Source of the DNA: Babesia bigemina
Taxonomy: Eukaryota
NCBI RefSeq assembly: GCF_000981445.1
Contig: NW_012237237.1
Coordinates: forward strand, 1 to 64,000
Length of the DNA stretch: 64,000 nucleotides
Direction: 5' to 3'
Shown: positions 32,542-44,039 of the stretch, piece by piece
Numbering within the stretch: position 1 is the stretch's first letter
Layout: the number at the start of each line of letters is the position of its first letter
Notes under the pieces: model-generated
Seen by the model: only the letters and a program-made list of their open reading frames with translations
Databases searched by the model: none
What the model was told of the DNA's origin: nothing
Position numbers and translations under genes: made by a program

Positions 32542-35500
32542 ATGACCTCTATTAACCAGCACAATAACTTGTCCCTTGTCACCCTTCACTTCCCCTCTTC
32601 CACCTCTTGCCACTGCCCTGACCATGTGCCGCCTAGGGAGCTTGACAAGAAATTTGGTAAAATTGTGAACCTAAAAAACACCTTAAATAACAACCCTAAT
32701 AACATCCTTACTAACCTCTGCTCCGGCCTCGAGAAATTCCTCGGCTTCGACTCTGCTTCCAAAGGCTACACTGGCCAGGGGATTGTTTACTCTGACCTGG
32801 ACAGGCTGTGTGACGGGGTGATGGGATTTTTGAGTGGTGTGCTTAAGGATGTCAGCGAGAAACAGCCTTACAGTGTGGGTAAAACAATGCTAAAAAATCT
32901 TGTAAGTAATGAAATTAACAAACATCTTTGCTCAGGGCACGATGGCTTTAAAAGGCTTTTCGAAAAGTTGCCCAAGGAAATCGAGAAGTACAACAGAGAA
33001 GTGAGAGAGTCCAATGAGAAAGTTAGTACGCCAATTAAGAAACTACAAGAAGAGATCAAAGAGCTCGAAAAACAGGTAAGTGATATATTAAATGATAATG
33101 CTGTTTCAGCTGATTTTGATGTCATCGGCAATGCAGTCTCCCAGGCCATGCCCTTGGTGCAGAAGTCTCTTGATCAAGGTGCTGCCCTTGACAATAGCTT
33201 GAAGAACGTAAATTTCGACATCATTGACTTAAATGCTAATTTGAGTGCTAGAGTTATTAGTGCATTGAAATCTGTGAGGCATGAGAATAGGCGCCTCGAC
33301 GACCAGTCTAAAAAAGCGCTGGACGATATGATGAACATGAATGCCAAAATAACTGATGTTCTAGCAAATCTTAGAATCAACATAAACGAAAAAATTGAAA
33401 AAGACGTCAGATATCTGGTTGATGCGCTAATATTCAGAGTTACGGATATCAAAACAAAACTTGAAGAGATTAATCACAAGTTAGAAGGGTACATATATGA
33501 GTTAGGGAAGTTGCTTGCTGAGGCCGAAGAAGTTATAAGTGCGATGGAAGGAACTTTGAATGTTATGTATAATCATGTTAACTGGAATGGTGAGGGTGAA
33601 AAGCCGCAAAAATGGAAAGATGTCGAAGATACAACGAAGGAAATTGATACTTGTTTGGTGAAAAAAGTTGAAGAGTTAGTAACATGGAAGCAGGCGGCAG
33701 ACAACATTGTGCAAAAGGCGACGTTGAAGTGCTCGGACATACGTTTAAGAGTCGATGAAAGTAGTAACCCTAAAATATTTCAGACGGCCACGGATTTAAA
33801 AAACAAAGCTGAAAAACTCCTCACGGCTTACAAAGATGCAAGGGCAGGAGTGGGACGGCTGGTTGAAGCAGCGAAAAAAAATATTACCACATTGGAAGAT
33901 AATTTGAAGACGGATCTGAAGACTTTGAAAGATCAGATTATAGATGTTATCAGTACTTATTTTGATAAGTTTTATAGAGGAGCTGTGAAAGCTGATCTTA
34001 GCCTGATTGCTGCAGAGCTGAATTCATCAGCACCTAAGCTTCAAACGTGGCTTAGTGGGTACGCGAAGTATAATGGCAGTCCTAAGGACTCCGTATACCT
34101 AGCTTTAAAAGCATTTCAAAAAAATTCACGTGGTAGCAGAATGAAGTACGACGAATCTGCGTATGGCGCTATCCAAAAAGACCTTAACGAAAGCGTTGGA
34201 AAGAAATGGCCGGATGATGCGTCATCGGTGTCATCAGATCCAGGAGATGTACATACGCAACCATCTCAAGCTACCAAAGTCCAACTCACGAATCTGCAAA
34301 AGTATGCATCTGACAAAACGGCAGTCGAACGGGCTTACACAACAGTAGCTGAGCACACGCTACGACACTTTGAGGCATACGTCTCGAAGCAGAATGCCGA
34401 CAAAGATGTAGGTGCTGTGAGGGATCAATTCATGTCAATTGTACAGGAGCTATATGAGATCACAAAACTGGTTACTAACAATGGTGGTCCTGGATCGAAA
34501 CCAGATGGCGTCACGAACTACCTAGTAGAATTAGTGAAAATGCTCGAAGCTAAAGAATGTACATTGGAGTGTAATATAGATGACAGTATTAAGAATGAAG
34601 TCCGTGGTTTGGAGCTTTTAAAAAATGAAATTAGTGCACTGCGAACTCAAATTTCGGTTGTGGACGCAAAAGTTAATGATCTTTGCGAAGCTGTTAAAGT
34701 GCCCGGATATTACGCAAAGGAGCATTTGAAAACCCTAAAAGAAATGATGTATAATGATGTTGTAACTATTAAAGGTGAAACCCAAAGGGGTATTAACGAA
34801 GTGAAGAACTCCTTAAGAACTTTGCGTAAGAAGCTAGGTACAGCCATACAAAATGTACACGAATTCATTACCAGGGATGCCAAACATTCTGGCGAACAGA
34901 CCATTATCCATCTTATATCCTATGTTAACGAAAACATCGACATCGCCACCTCCACCCTCACCACCGCCGCCCGCCGCAACTACGTCTCCTCCGTCAAGGC
35001 CCTCCTCACCGCGTTCGCGGACAAGGTCAGCCAGGAGTTGGCGGGGTTGCCGGAGGAGATTGACAGGGATTTGACCATTGGTTTCAAGGGGTTGATGAAG
35101 ACGTTGGAGGGTACAAAGTACACTGCAGAATTATCAAATACTGCTACATTTAACGATTCAAATAGGTCTGAATTGTTTGACAAAATTAGTGAGCTTGCCA
35201 AGTCCTTGACGTCACCACTGAATGGCACGCAGCATCTTGAAAAATTCAAAGATTTATCCACCAATTTCCACACTTATTTCACTAATATTCATACATATAT
35301 CAATAATCAAATTACTCCTGAAAATAAAACTCAGTCTCCTACCGAAGACCCCAACGTCGCCAAACTCACCGACGTCAAATCCAAATTCACCGATTTACTC
35401 GATCACCTCAAAATCAACACTAATCAACGCCGAACATATATATTTGACAATACTTACACTAATCTCCTGTCCACCCTCTCCTCCTCCCTCCACCTCCTCC

Positions 35501-37827
35501 ACCCCTCCCACTTCGCCAACCCCCGGCACCCGGAGCTGCTCGATGCGGTCAGAGCGGGGCTGCAGGGGTTTGTCAAGGAGATGGAGCGGGTGTATGTGAA
35601 CAAATACGAGGGGTCAGAAAACACGTTATTAGTATATGCACATACCGGAAATGTTACGGAAGATGGAAAAAATTGCGCTAAGATTTTAATGACTATCCTG
35701 GAGATGGTGAAGTACGATTTGGCCAATTTACTATCTGGATGTGATCAGTATAAAACTTCGAAAATCACATTGAAAGAGGACAACAGATTTGGCCGGTGGT
35801 TTAGAAGCCGTGGCTTCACAGTGTCGATCACTGATAAGCAAGATGGTGAGTTGAGGAATAGTGACCAGTGCACTGGTAATAGAATTAAAGATTTTCTGGT
35901 TGGAGATTCAAGGGACAGACATATTTTCAGCAACGCGGACATAAAAACAGATAATGGCTCACTTAGTAACCTTGTCGGCCAGGTAGCCACATATTGCAGA
36001 GTGACGCACCTCCGCTACATCGAGAAACCCAAAGCACCATCTAACATCTATCAAATGCTGCAGTGGTTGAGCGGATTGTTATGTGATCCAATGTTAACCA
36101 AGGTTTCTTCCTACATGAAGGAGCTCTTTGATAAACCTGAAGCGTACAAGGATCACGCAGATTATTCGAAAATTCCATCGACGGATTTGAAACTATCTGC
36201 CACCAGAGAAATCGCTTATGACAACTTACCGCAAACTCTTCATCAGGTCTGCAACTTCTCTCAGAAGACGCTGGTTGCCATCCTCGGACGCGGTCACGCA
36301 GGTGGCCGGTACGCCTGTGATTTCTATACCAACGTAGATAATCTATTGTATCCTAGTCGCAGTAGTGAATGCTTTGATATGTTAGTTGATATGTTGAATA
36401 GAGTCCATCACCAACTGCGTTTCCTATACAGCCAGTGTCAGAACGGTCCCGATAGAAGCGGTTGGAAAGACTGTTGGTACGGCAAGGACATCGGTGGCTC
36501 AGCGTGGAACTGCAACAGCAAGCAGTGCCCCAAGCAAATCAATGGTCAAGAGTGCAACCAAATGGTCAACCAAACAGCTGACCAAACGTGTAACCAACAT
36601 CCCAATTGTGGGCTCAAATCTCCGTTGCAATCTTTCTTGGAAGATGGTTTGCCAGGTTTCCTCCCTCATAAGTTTGACAAGCCTGGCTGCAACCTCACAT
36701 GTACCGTCTCTAAACACAGAGGTATCCCATGTAAAACGCCCATGGGCTTTAGTGATCTAGGCATCACGGCGTCACGTGCGGAGAAAGGCTCGGAACTCTG
36801 GAAACTTCTTTATCAGTTTTGTGGGTTGAATGACAAACCTCTAAGTACGCTGTGTGCTCAGCTTAACTGCCTCCTCCGACAGCCACCGCAGACGCTTGGC
36901 GATATGTTCAGTTTCTTCCAAGGTTACTTGTCAAACTGGAACGGCGGCGGTAGAAAGCATAAACAAGAGGCATTTGAAAATGCTGTTAAAAAGGCCAACT
37001 TCAATAATGCTGAAACAATGTTGGACGTCACTTCCATACAGCAGTCCAGTAAGCATGACAGTCATACTGCCGGCGAAAAGAAGCAGCTTAACGGTGATAT
37101 ATTCAGCCTGGTGGAATGCAAATCTCAGACATCAATGCCAAACGTCCCCTGTGGTGCGTATTTGCAATCGATCAGTTACGATGTCCGAGTGGTGTATTCT
37201 AAGGAATGTGCCAGCCAGTATTTGTCGTGGGTTGTTTACATATCGGAGACGTTCTGGGACTTACTCAAACAGTTGTATGAACAGTGTTGCCGTAACTGCA
37301 ATAAAGCAGGGACACGATGTCATGATAGAAGCTGTGTCAAAGATTGTCAAGTGAATACATATTACGGGTCTCCGAATGCCAAGTACATCGACAATATCAA
37401 GCATGAGCATGAATGTAATTCCATTGTCACCTGCCGCAACACCCACGCAGCTATATACGCTGCAGGTTTCACGTTCGGCAGCCCATATGAACTAAGCGGT
37501 GCAAAAGATAAGAAAACGAAACGTACGTGCCAGGATTTCTGCAAAGCATTGGAATCAATATGCTCGGACAAATCTGTTCTCGCAAGACTTGTCCATGAAT
37601 ATATTCCTAAATTCCTGTGGGAAATCAGGGAGAAGTTCTTCTACACCACCGTCGCGCTCTGGTCACTATCGCTCTTCTACCTCATCTGCGTCATGGTTGG
37701 CAGACTGGATGTGCTCCACATACGCTCACACCTGAGGATACCGTCGTCGCACAAGATAACGGCGCAGTCATTGTTGGCTGCTGCGCAAGTCGGAAGGCTT
37801 GCCAAGATATCGTATCTACAACCGTAA
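32542..37827 (+). CDS. ves1: ves1-like copy 5 (class-2 tail, body type B); leader intact and in frame
   Basis: 1761-aa ORF from ATG; MTS...CHCPDHVPPRELDKKF leader, conserved motifs and AKISYLQP tail. Confidence 0.88.
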   Translation: MTSINQHNNLSLVTLHFPSSTSCHCPDHVPPRELDKKFGKIVNLKNTLNNNPNNILTNLCSGLEKFLGFDSASKGYTGQGIVYSDLDRLCDGVMGFLSGVLKDVSEKQPYSVGKTMLKNLVSNEINKHLCSGHDGFKRLFEKLPKEIEKYNREVRESNEKVSTPIKKLQEEIKELEKQVSDILNDNAVSADFDVIGNAVSQAMPLVQKSLDQGAALDNSLKNVNFDIIDLNANLSARVISALKSVRHENRRLDDQSKKALDDMMNMNAKITDVLANLRININEKIEKDVRYLVDALIFRVTDIKTKLEEINHKLEGYIYELGKLLAEAEEVISAMEGTLNVMYNHVNWNGEGEKPQKWKDVEDTTKEIDTCLVKKVEELVTWKQAADNIVQKATLKCSDIRLRVDESSNPKIFQTATDLKNKAEKLLTAYKDARAGVGRLVEAAKKNITTLEDNLKTDLKTLKDQIIDVISTYFDKFYRGAVKADLSLIAAELNSSAPKLQTWLSGYAKYNGSPKDSVYLALKAFQKNSRGSRMKYDESAYGAIQKDLNESVGKKWPDDASSVSSDPGDVHTQPSQATKVQLTNLQKYASDKTAVERAYTTVAEHTLRHFEAYVSKQNADKDVGAVRDQFMSIVQELYEITKLVTNNGGPGSKPDGVTNYLVELVKMLEAKECTLECNIDDSIKNEVRGLELLKNEISALRTQISVVDAKVNDLCEAVKVPGYYAKEHLKTLKEMMYNDVVTIKGETQRGINEVKNSLRTLRKKLGTAIQNVHEFITRDAKHSGEQTIIHLISYVNENIDIATSTLTTAARRNYVSSVKALLTAFADKVSQELAGLPEEIDRDLTIGFKGLMKTLEGTKYTAELSNTATFNDSNRSELFDKISELAKSLTSPLNGTQHLEKFKDLSTNFHTYFTNIHTYINNQITPENKTQSPTEDPNVAKLTDVKSKFTDLLDHLKINTNQRRTYIFDNTYTNLLSTLSSSLHLLHPSHFANPRHPELLDAVRAGLQGFVKEMERVYVNKYEGSENTLLVYAHTGNVTEDGKNCAKILMTILEMVKYDLANLLSGCDQYKTSKITLKEDNRFGRWFRSRGFTVSITDKQDGELRNSDQCTGNRIKDFLVGDSRDRHIFSNADIKTDNGSLSNLVGQVATYCRVTHLRYIEKPKAPSNIYQMLQWLSGLLCDPMLTKVSSYMKELFDKPEAYKDHADYSKIPSTDLKLSATREIAYDNLPQTLHQVCNFSQKTLVAILGRGHAGGRYACDFYTNVDNLLYPSRSSECFDMLVDMLNRVHHQLRFLYSQCQNGPDRSGWKDCWYGKDIGGSAWNCNSKQCPKQINGQECNQMVNQTADQTCNQHPNCGLKSPLQSFLEDGLPGFLPHKFDKPGCNLTCTVSKHRGIPCKTPMGFSDLGITASRAEKGSELWKLLYQFCGLNDKPLSTLCAQLNCLLRQPPQTLGDMFSFFQGYLSNWNGGGRKHKQEAFENAVKKANFNNAETMLDVTSIQQSSKHDSHTAGEKKQLNGDIFSLVECKSQTSMPNVPCGAYLQSISYDVRVVYSKECASQYLSWVVYISETFWDLLKQLYEQCCRNCNKAGTRCHDRSCVKDCQVNTYYGSPNAKYIDNIKHEHECNSIVTCRNTHAAIYAAGFTFGSPYELSGAKDKKTKRTCQDFCKALESICSDKSVLARLVHEYIPKFLWEIREKFFYTTVALWSLSLFYLICVMVGRLDVLHIRSHLRIPSSHKITAQSLLAAAQVGRLAKISYLQP

Positions 37828-37974
37828 TTGTACTCACGTCTGTAATTACTACACTCACTTACCATAGCTCACCTACTCACCTAAAAACCAAACGTAGTCT
37901 AATGTTTCGAATTACTCTAGCGGCAACCTGTGAACTAGATAGCACCTAGATTAAGTTATGAGTGAACGACCAAG

Positions 37975-38398
37975 CAAAGTGCTAACCTAGCACCCAGGCA
38001 AAGTGTTAAGCTGGCACTCAGGCAACGTGTTAACCTAGCAACCAGGCAAAGTGGTAAGCAAGCACCCAGGCAACGTGGTAACCCAGCAACCAGGCAAAGT
38101 GTTGACCTAGCAACCAGGCAACGTGGTAACCTAGCAACCAGGCAACGTGCTAAGCTAGCAACCAAGCTAAGTGCTAAGCTAGCACCCAGGTAGAGAGCTA
38201 AACTAGCAACCAGGCAAAGTGGTAACCTAGCACCCAGGCAAAGTGGTAAGCTAGCATCCAGGCAAAGTGCTAAGCTAGCACCCAGGCAAAGTGCTAAGCT
38301 GGCACAAAGGCAAAGTGTTGACTAGGTAACCAGGCAACGTGCTAACCTAGCACGCAGGCAACGTGTTAACCTAGCAACCAGGCAAAGTGATAAGCTGG
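37975..38398. repeat. 24-bp tandem repeat array
   Basis: About 17 units of AAAGTGCTAAGCTAGCAACCAGGC-like sequence. Confidence 0.92.
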
Positions 38399-39734
38399 TG
38401 GATGAACCGTAATTTGGTGGGTGTTGTAGCACGTTGATTGTTTGGTGCGTTGAGCTGTGCGTTGACAGTGAGCGGTGTCTGCGTTACCCATTGAGTGAGT
38501 GTCACGTGAGGCTGGGTGATTGGTCGCTAACGTAGGCGGTCGTGAGGGCCGCGGCGGGTGACTTAAGTCGTGTGTTGCGAGTCACTGGCAGGGTGGCGTA
38601 ATCGGCGTTGGCCTCGTTAAGTAGCATTTAGAGGCAGCAATGTAGCGATCGTTAATATCACATTTAGGCACGTAGCCGACACGCTCCGCCAGCATGGCGC
38701 CGATACCGCGGCTCGTAGCACGGTGCTGCTGCACTGTGGGAGTTGAGCGCACGGGTCGCTGCGATTTTCATAGCGTTGCGAATATTCAATAATTTAGAGT
38801 GACAGTTGGTGCCGATCACATGCGTCGCGTCAGGCACAGCTGTGGTATCCCGGGCAGCGTGGGTGTCGGTGGCCTGGGCTGGGGGGATACAGTGGTGAGG
38901 GTTAAGTAAGCCATGTTGCAGTTGGTGAGTGCTGCTTAGGTGATTGATATGTCTGCAGGCTGAGGGGAGTGGGAGCGGCAGTGGTACGTGTTGCAGTTGG
39001 TGAGTGCGTTGCTAGGTGATTGATGTTCGCAGGTTGAGGGGATGAGTGAGTGTCACGTGAGGCTGGGTGATTGGTCGCTAACGTAGGCGGTCGTGAGGGC
39101 CGCGGCGGGTGACTTAAGTCGTGTGTTGCGAGTCACTGGCAGGGTGGCGTAATCGGCGTTGGCCTCGTTAAGTAGCATTTAGAGGCAGCAATGTAGCGAT
39201 CGTTAATATCACATTTAGGCACGTAGCCGACACGCTCCGCCAGCATGGCGCCGATACCGCGGCTCGTAGCACGGTGCTGCTGCACTGTGGGAGTTGAGCG
39301 CACGGGTCGCTGCGATTTTCATAGCGTTGCGAATATTCAATAATTTAGAGTGACAGTTGGTGCCGATCACATGCGTCGCGTCAGGCACAGCTGTGGTATC
39401 CCGGGCAGCGTGGGTGTCGGTGGCCTGGGCTGGGGGGATACAGTGGTGAGGGTTAAGTAAGCCATGTTGCAGTTGGTGAGTGCTGCTTAGGTGATTGATA
39501 TGTCTGCAGGCTGAGGGGAGTGGGAGCGGCAGTGGTACGTGTTGCAGTTGGTGAGTGCGTTGCTAGGTGATTGATGTTCGCAGGTTGAGGGGACTGGAAG
39601 CGGCAGTGGTAGTGTTGCAGTTGGTGAGTGCGTTGCTAGGTGATTGATATGCTTGCAGGCTGAGGGGACTGGGAGCGGCAGCGGTAGTGTTGCAGTTGGT
39701 GAGTGCGTTGCTTGAGTGATTGATATGTTCGCAG
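38395..39734 (+). promoter_or_regulatory. Conserved block with internal 551-bp tandem duplication (38492-39042 / 39043-39593) and mini-intron units
   Basis: Direct comparison of the two halves; four GT-AG units between ~39476 and 39734 precede the ATG. Confidence 0.55.
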
Positions 39735-39757
39735 GTTGAGGGGACTGGGAGGGGAAG

Positions 39758-40192
39758 ATGGCGCAGTGTTGGAAGTGCCACAATGGATGCACTCGGCGTG
39801 ACTGTTATTGCTGCCCAGAGTGTTGCAAAGGATGTAAACCGGTGTGTCTGCAATGTGCCGAGTTTGTCCACCCGCGCCGAAGTGGAGGAGAATGCCATGA
39901 TTCGGGATGTAAAAACTGTAATGACGGCTGTATGTGTAACTGTTGTCAACGTAAACGCCTCTCCTCCTCCCATTCCCAAACTACTGTCAGTTCACAGGGC
40001 GGCGTCTCTTCCCCCGGATCCCCCTCTCCCCCCCGTGTAGAGCAGCAAACCGGTCGACAGTCTACCACCGCTTCTAACCACGCCCCTTACATCATCGCCG
40101 CTGTCGTCGCCCTCGTCATCGTCGTCATCTGCGCCATGATATACTTCCGCATCCGGCCGTTCCACAGGGTGCGGTATCTACTGCGCAGCTGA
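39758..40192 (+). CDS. Small Cys-rich single-TM protein, copy c (144 aa, tail type B)
   Basis: MAQCWKCHNGCTRRDCYCCPECCKGC..., S/P linker, TM PYIIAAVVALVIVVICAMI, tail YFRIRPFHRVRYLLRS. Confidence 0.8.
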   Translation: MAQCWKCHNGCTRRDCYCCPECCKGCKPVCLQCAEFVHPRRSGGECHDSGCKNCNDGCMCNCCQRKRLSSSHSQTTVSSQGGVSSPGSPSPPRVEQQTGRQSTTASNHAPYIIAAVVALVIVVICAMIYFRIRPFHRVRYLLRS

Positions 40193-40288
40193 TCACAATA
40201 ACCCGATGGGCAACTGACATCTAATGTTATAGACAGAGTAATGATTACGTTTATTATCAAGCATATGAGCAGTGAGGTGACCTACCGC

Positions 40289-43200
40289 CTGACCAAAGTG
40301 CTGACCAACGTGCTGACCAAGGTGCTGACCAACGTGTTGACCAATGTGCTGACCAAACAGCTGACCAAGCACCTGACCAAGTTGATGGTTACGGCAGCTA
40401 TGACATGGTCACGGCAGCGGTGACATGGTCACGGCAGCGATGACAGTTGATGGTCACGGCAGCGATGACAGGTAACGGCAGCGATGACATGGTCACGGCA
40501 GCGATGACATGGTCACGGCAGCGATGACAGTGGTGACCAGAGTGGTGATTATTATCCACTCTACATCGCCCCTTATCCACTCTACATCGCTCCTTTATCC
40601 ACTCTGCATCGTCCCTTTATCCACTCTACATCGCCCCTTAACCCACTCTACATCGCTCCTTTATCCACTCTACATCGCTCCCTAATCCACTTTTCATCGC
40701 CCCTTAACCCACTCTACATCGCCCCTTTATCCACTCTGCATCGTCCCTTTATCCACTCTACATCGCCCCTTAACCCACTCTACATCGCTCCCTTATCCAC
40801 TCCACATCGCCCCTTTATCCACTCTACATCGCCCCTTAACCCACTCTACACCGCTCCTTACTCCACTCTACATCGCCCCTTAACCCACTCCACATCGCCA
40901 CTTAACCCACTCTACATCGCCCCTTAACCCAAACTACATCGCCCTTTTACCCACTCCACATCGCCCTTTTATCCACTCTACATCGCCCCTTAACCCACTC
41001 TACATCGCCCCTTAATCTACTCTACATCGCTCCCTAACGCACTCCACATCGCTCCTCTATCCACTCTACATCGCTCCCTTATCCACTCTACATCGCTCCT
41101 TATCCACTCCACATCGCCCTTTAACCTCCTCTAATCGCTCCTTTATCCACTCTACATCGCCCCTTTATCCACTCCACATCGCCCCTTTACCCACTCTCCC
41201 TAACCCACTCCACATCGCTCCCTAACCCACTCTACATCGCCCCTTGATCCACTCTACATCGCTCCCTAACCCACTCTACATCGCCCCTTAACCCACTCTA
41301 CATCGCTCCTTTACTCACCTTACATCGCTCCCTAACCCACTCTACATCGCTCCTTTACCCACTTACATCGCCCCTTACTCCACTCTACATCGCTCCTTAT
41401 CCACTCTACATCGCTCCCTTATCCACTCTACATCGCTCCCTAACCCACTCCTCATCGCCCCTTTATGCACTCTACATCGCTCCCTAACCCACTCCACATC
41501 GCCCCTTTATCCACTTTACATCGCTCACTAACCCACTCCACATCGCTCCTTTATCCACTCTACATCGCTCCCTAACCCACTCTACATCGCTCCCTTATCC
41601 ACTCTACATCGCCCCTTTATCCACTCTTCATCGCCCCTTTATCCACTCTACATCGCCCCTTAACCCACTCTACATCGCCCCTTTACCCACTCTACATCGC
41701 CCCTTTATCCACTCTACATCGCCCCTTTATCCACTCTACATCGCCCCTTAGCCCACTCCACATCGCTCCCTAATGCACTCTACATCGCTCCCTAACCCAC
41801 TCTACATCGCTCCTTTATCCACTCCACATCGCCCCTTTACCCACTCTACATCGCTCCTTCACCTCCTCTAATCGCCCCTTTATCCACTCTACATCGCCCC
41901 TTGATCCACTCTACATCGCTCCCTAACCCACTCTACATCGCCCCTTAACCCACTCTACATCGCTCCTTTACTCACCTTACATCGCTCCCTAACCCACTCT
42001 ACATCGCTCCTTTACCCACTTACATCGCCCCTTACTCCACTCTACATCGCTCCTTATCCACTCTACATCGCTCCCTTATCCACTCTACATCGCTCCCTAA
42101 CCCACTCCTCATCGCCCCTTTATGCACTCCACATCGCTCCCTAACCCACTCTACATCGCCCCTTATCCACTCTACATCGCTCCCTTATCCACTCTACATC
42201 GCTCCCTAACCCACTCCTCATCGCCCCTTTATGCACTCTACATCGCCCCTTATCCACTTCACATCGCTCCCTAACCCACTCTACATCGCCCCTTTATCCA
42301 CTCCACATCGCTCCCTAACCCACTCCACATCGCCCCTTTATCCACTCTACATCGCCCCTTTATCCACTCTACATCGCTCCTTTACCCACTCTACATCGCT
42401 CCTTTATCCACTCTACATCGCCCCTTTATCCACTCTACATCGCCCCTTTATCCACTCTACATCGCCCCTTGATCCACTCTACATCGCTCTCTGATCCACT
42501 CTACATCGCCCCTTTACCCACTCTACATCGCTTCCTAACCCACTCTACATCGCCCCTTTACCCACTCTAAATCGCCCCTTTATCCACTCTACATCGCTCC
42601 CTAATCCACTCTACATCGCCCCTTAACCCACTCTACATCGCTCCCTTATCCACTCTACATCGCCCCTTTACCCACCTTACATCGCCCCTTTACCCACTCT
42701 ACATCGCCCCTTTATCCACTCCACATCGCCACTTTATCCACCCTACATCGCCCCTTTATCCACTCTACATCGCTCCCTTATCCACTCTACATCGCCCCTT
42801 TAGCCACTCTACATCGCTCCTTTATCCACTCTACATCGCTCCTTTATCCACTCTACATCGCCCCTTTATCCACTCTACATCGCTCCCTAACCCACTCTAC
42901 ATCGCTCCCTAACCCACTCTACATCGCCCCTTAACCCGCCCTACATCGCTCCCTAACCCACTCTACATCGCTCCTCTATCCACTCTACATCGCTCCTTAA
43001 CTTCCTCTAATCGCTCTCTTATCCACTCTACATCGCCCCTTATCCACTCTACATCGCCCCTTTATCCACTCCTCATCGCCCCTTTATCCACCTACATCGC
43101 CCCTTAACCCACTCTACATCGCCCCTTAACCCACTCTACATCGCCCCTTTATCCACTCTACATCGCTCCCTAACCCACTCTACATCGCCCCTTTATCCAC

Positions 43201-43849
43201 TCTACATCGCTCCCTAATCCACTCTACATCGCTCCCTAACCCACTCCACATCGCTCCTTAACCCACTCCACATCGCCCCTTTACCCACTCTACATCGCCC
43301 CTTAACCCACTCTACATCGCCCCTTTATCCACTCCACATCGCTCCCTAATCCACTCTACATCGCTCCCTAACCCACTCCACATCGCTCCTTAACCCACTC
43401 CACATCGCCCCTTTACCCACTCTACATCGCCCCTTAACCCACTCTACATCGCTCCCTAATCCACTCTACATCGCCCCTTTATCCACTCTACATCGCCCCT
43501 TACTCCACTCTACATCGCCCCTTACTCCACTCTACATCGCTCCTTTATCCACTCTACATCGCTCCTTAACCCACTCTACATCGCCCCTTTATCCACTCTA
43601 CATCGCTCCTTTACCCACTCTACATCGCCCCTTAACCCACTCCACATCGCTCCCTAACCCACTCTACATCGCTCCTTAACCCACTCTACATCGCCCCTTT
43701 ACCCACTCTATATCGCCCCTTAACCCACTCTATATCGCCCCTTAACCCACTCTACATCGCCCCTTTACCCACTCTACATCGCTCCTTAACCCACTCCACA
43801 TCGCCCCTTATCCACTCTACATCGCTCCTTAACCCACTCTACATCGCCC
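40289..43849. repeat. Composite spacer: 12-mer, 20-mer and the longest 22-mer array (~40556-43849)
   Basis: Tandem repeats. Confidence 0.95.
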
Positions 43850-44039
43850 TAATTACCTCGCCATAATACCGCTATGACCTCCATTGACCATTCTAATTAC
43901 TTGTGCCTTGTCACCCTTCACTTCCCTCCTTCCACCTCTTGCCACTGCCCTGACCATGTTCACCCTATCTCCAAATCTCTCGAATCACCTCGCCATAATA
44001 CCGCTATGACCTCTTTAGACCACAATAATAACTTGTGCT

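Noticed and set aside
40556..43849. True telomere array
   Set aside because: CCCTAACCC occurs only as part of a 22-bp unit in internal arrays flanked by genes
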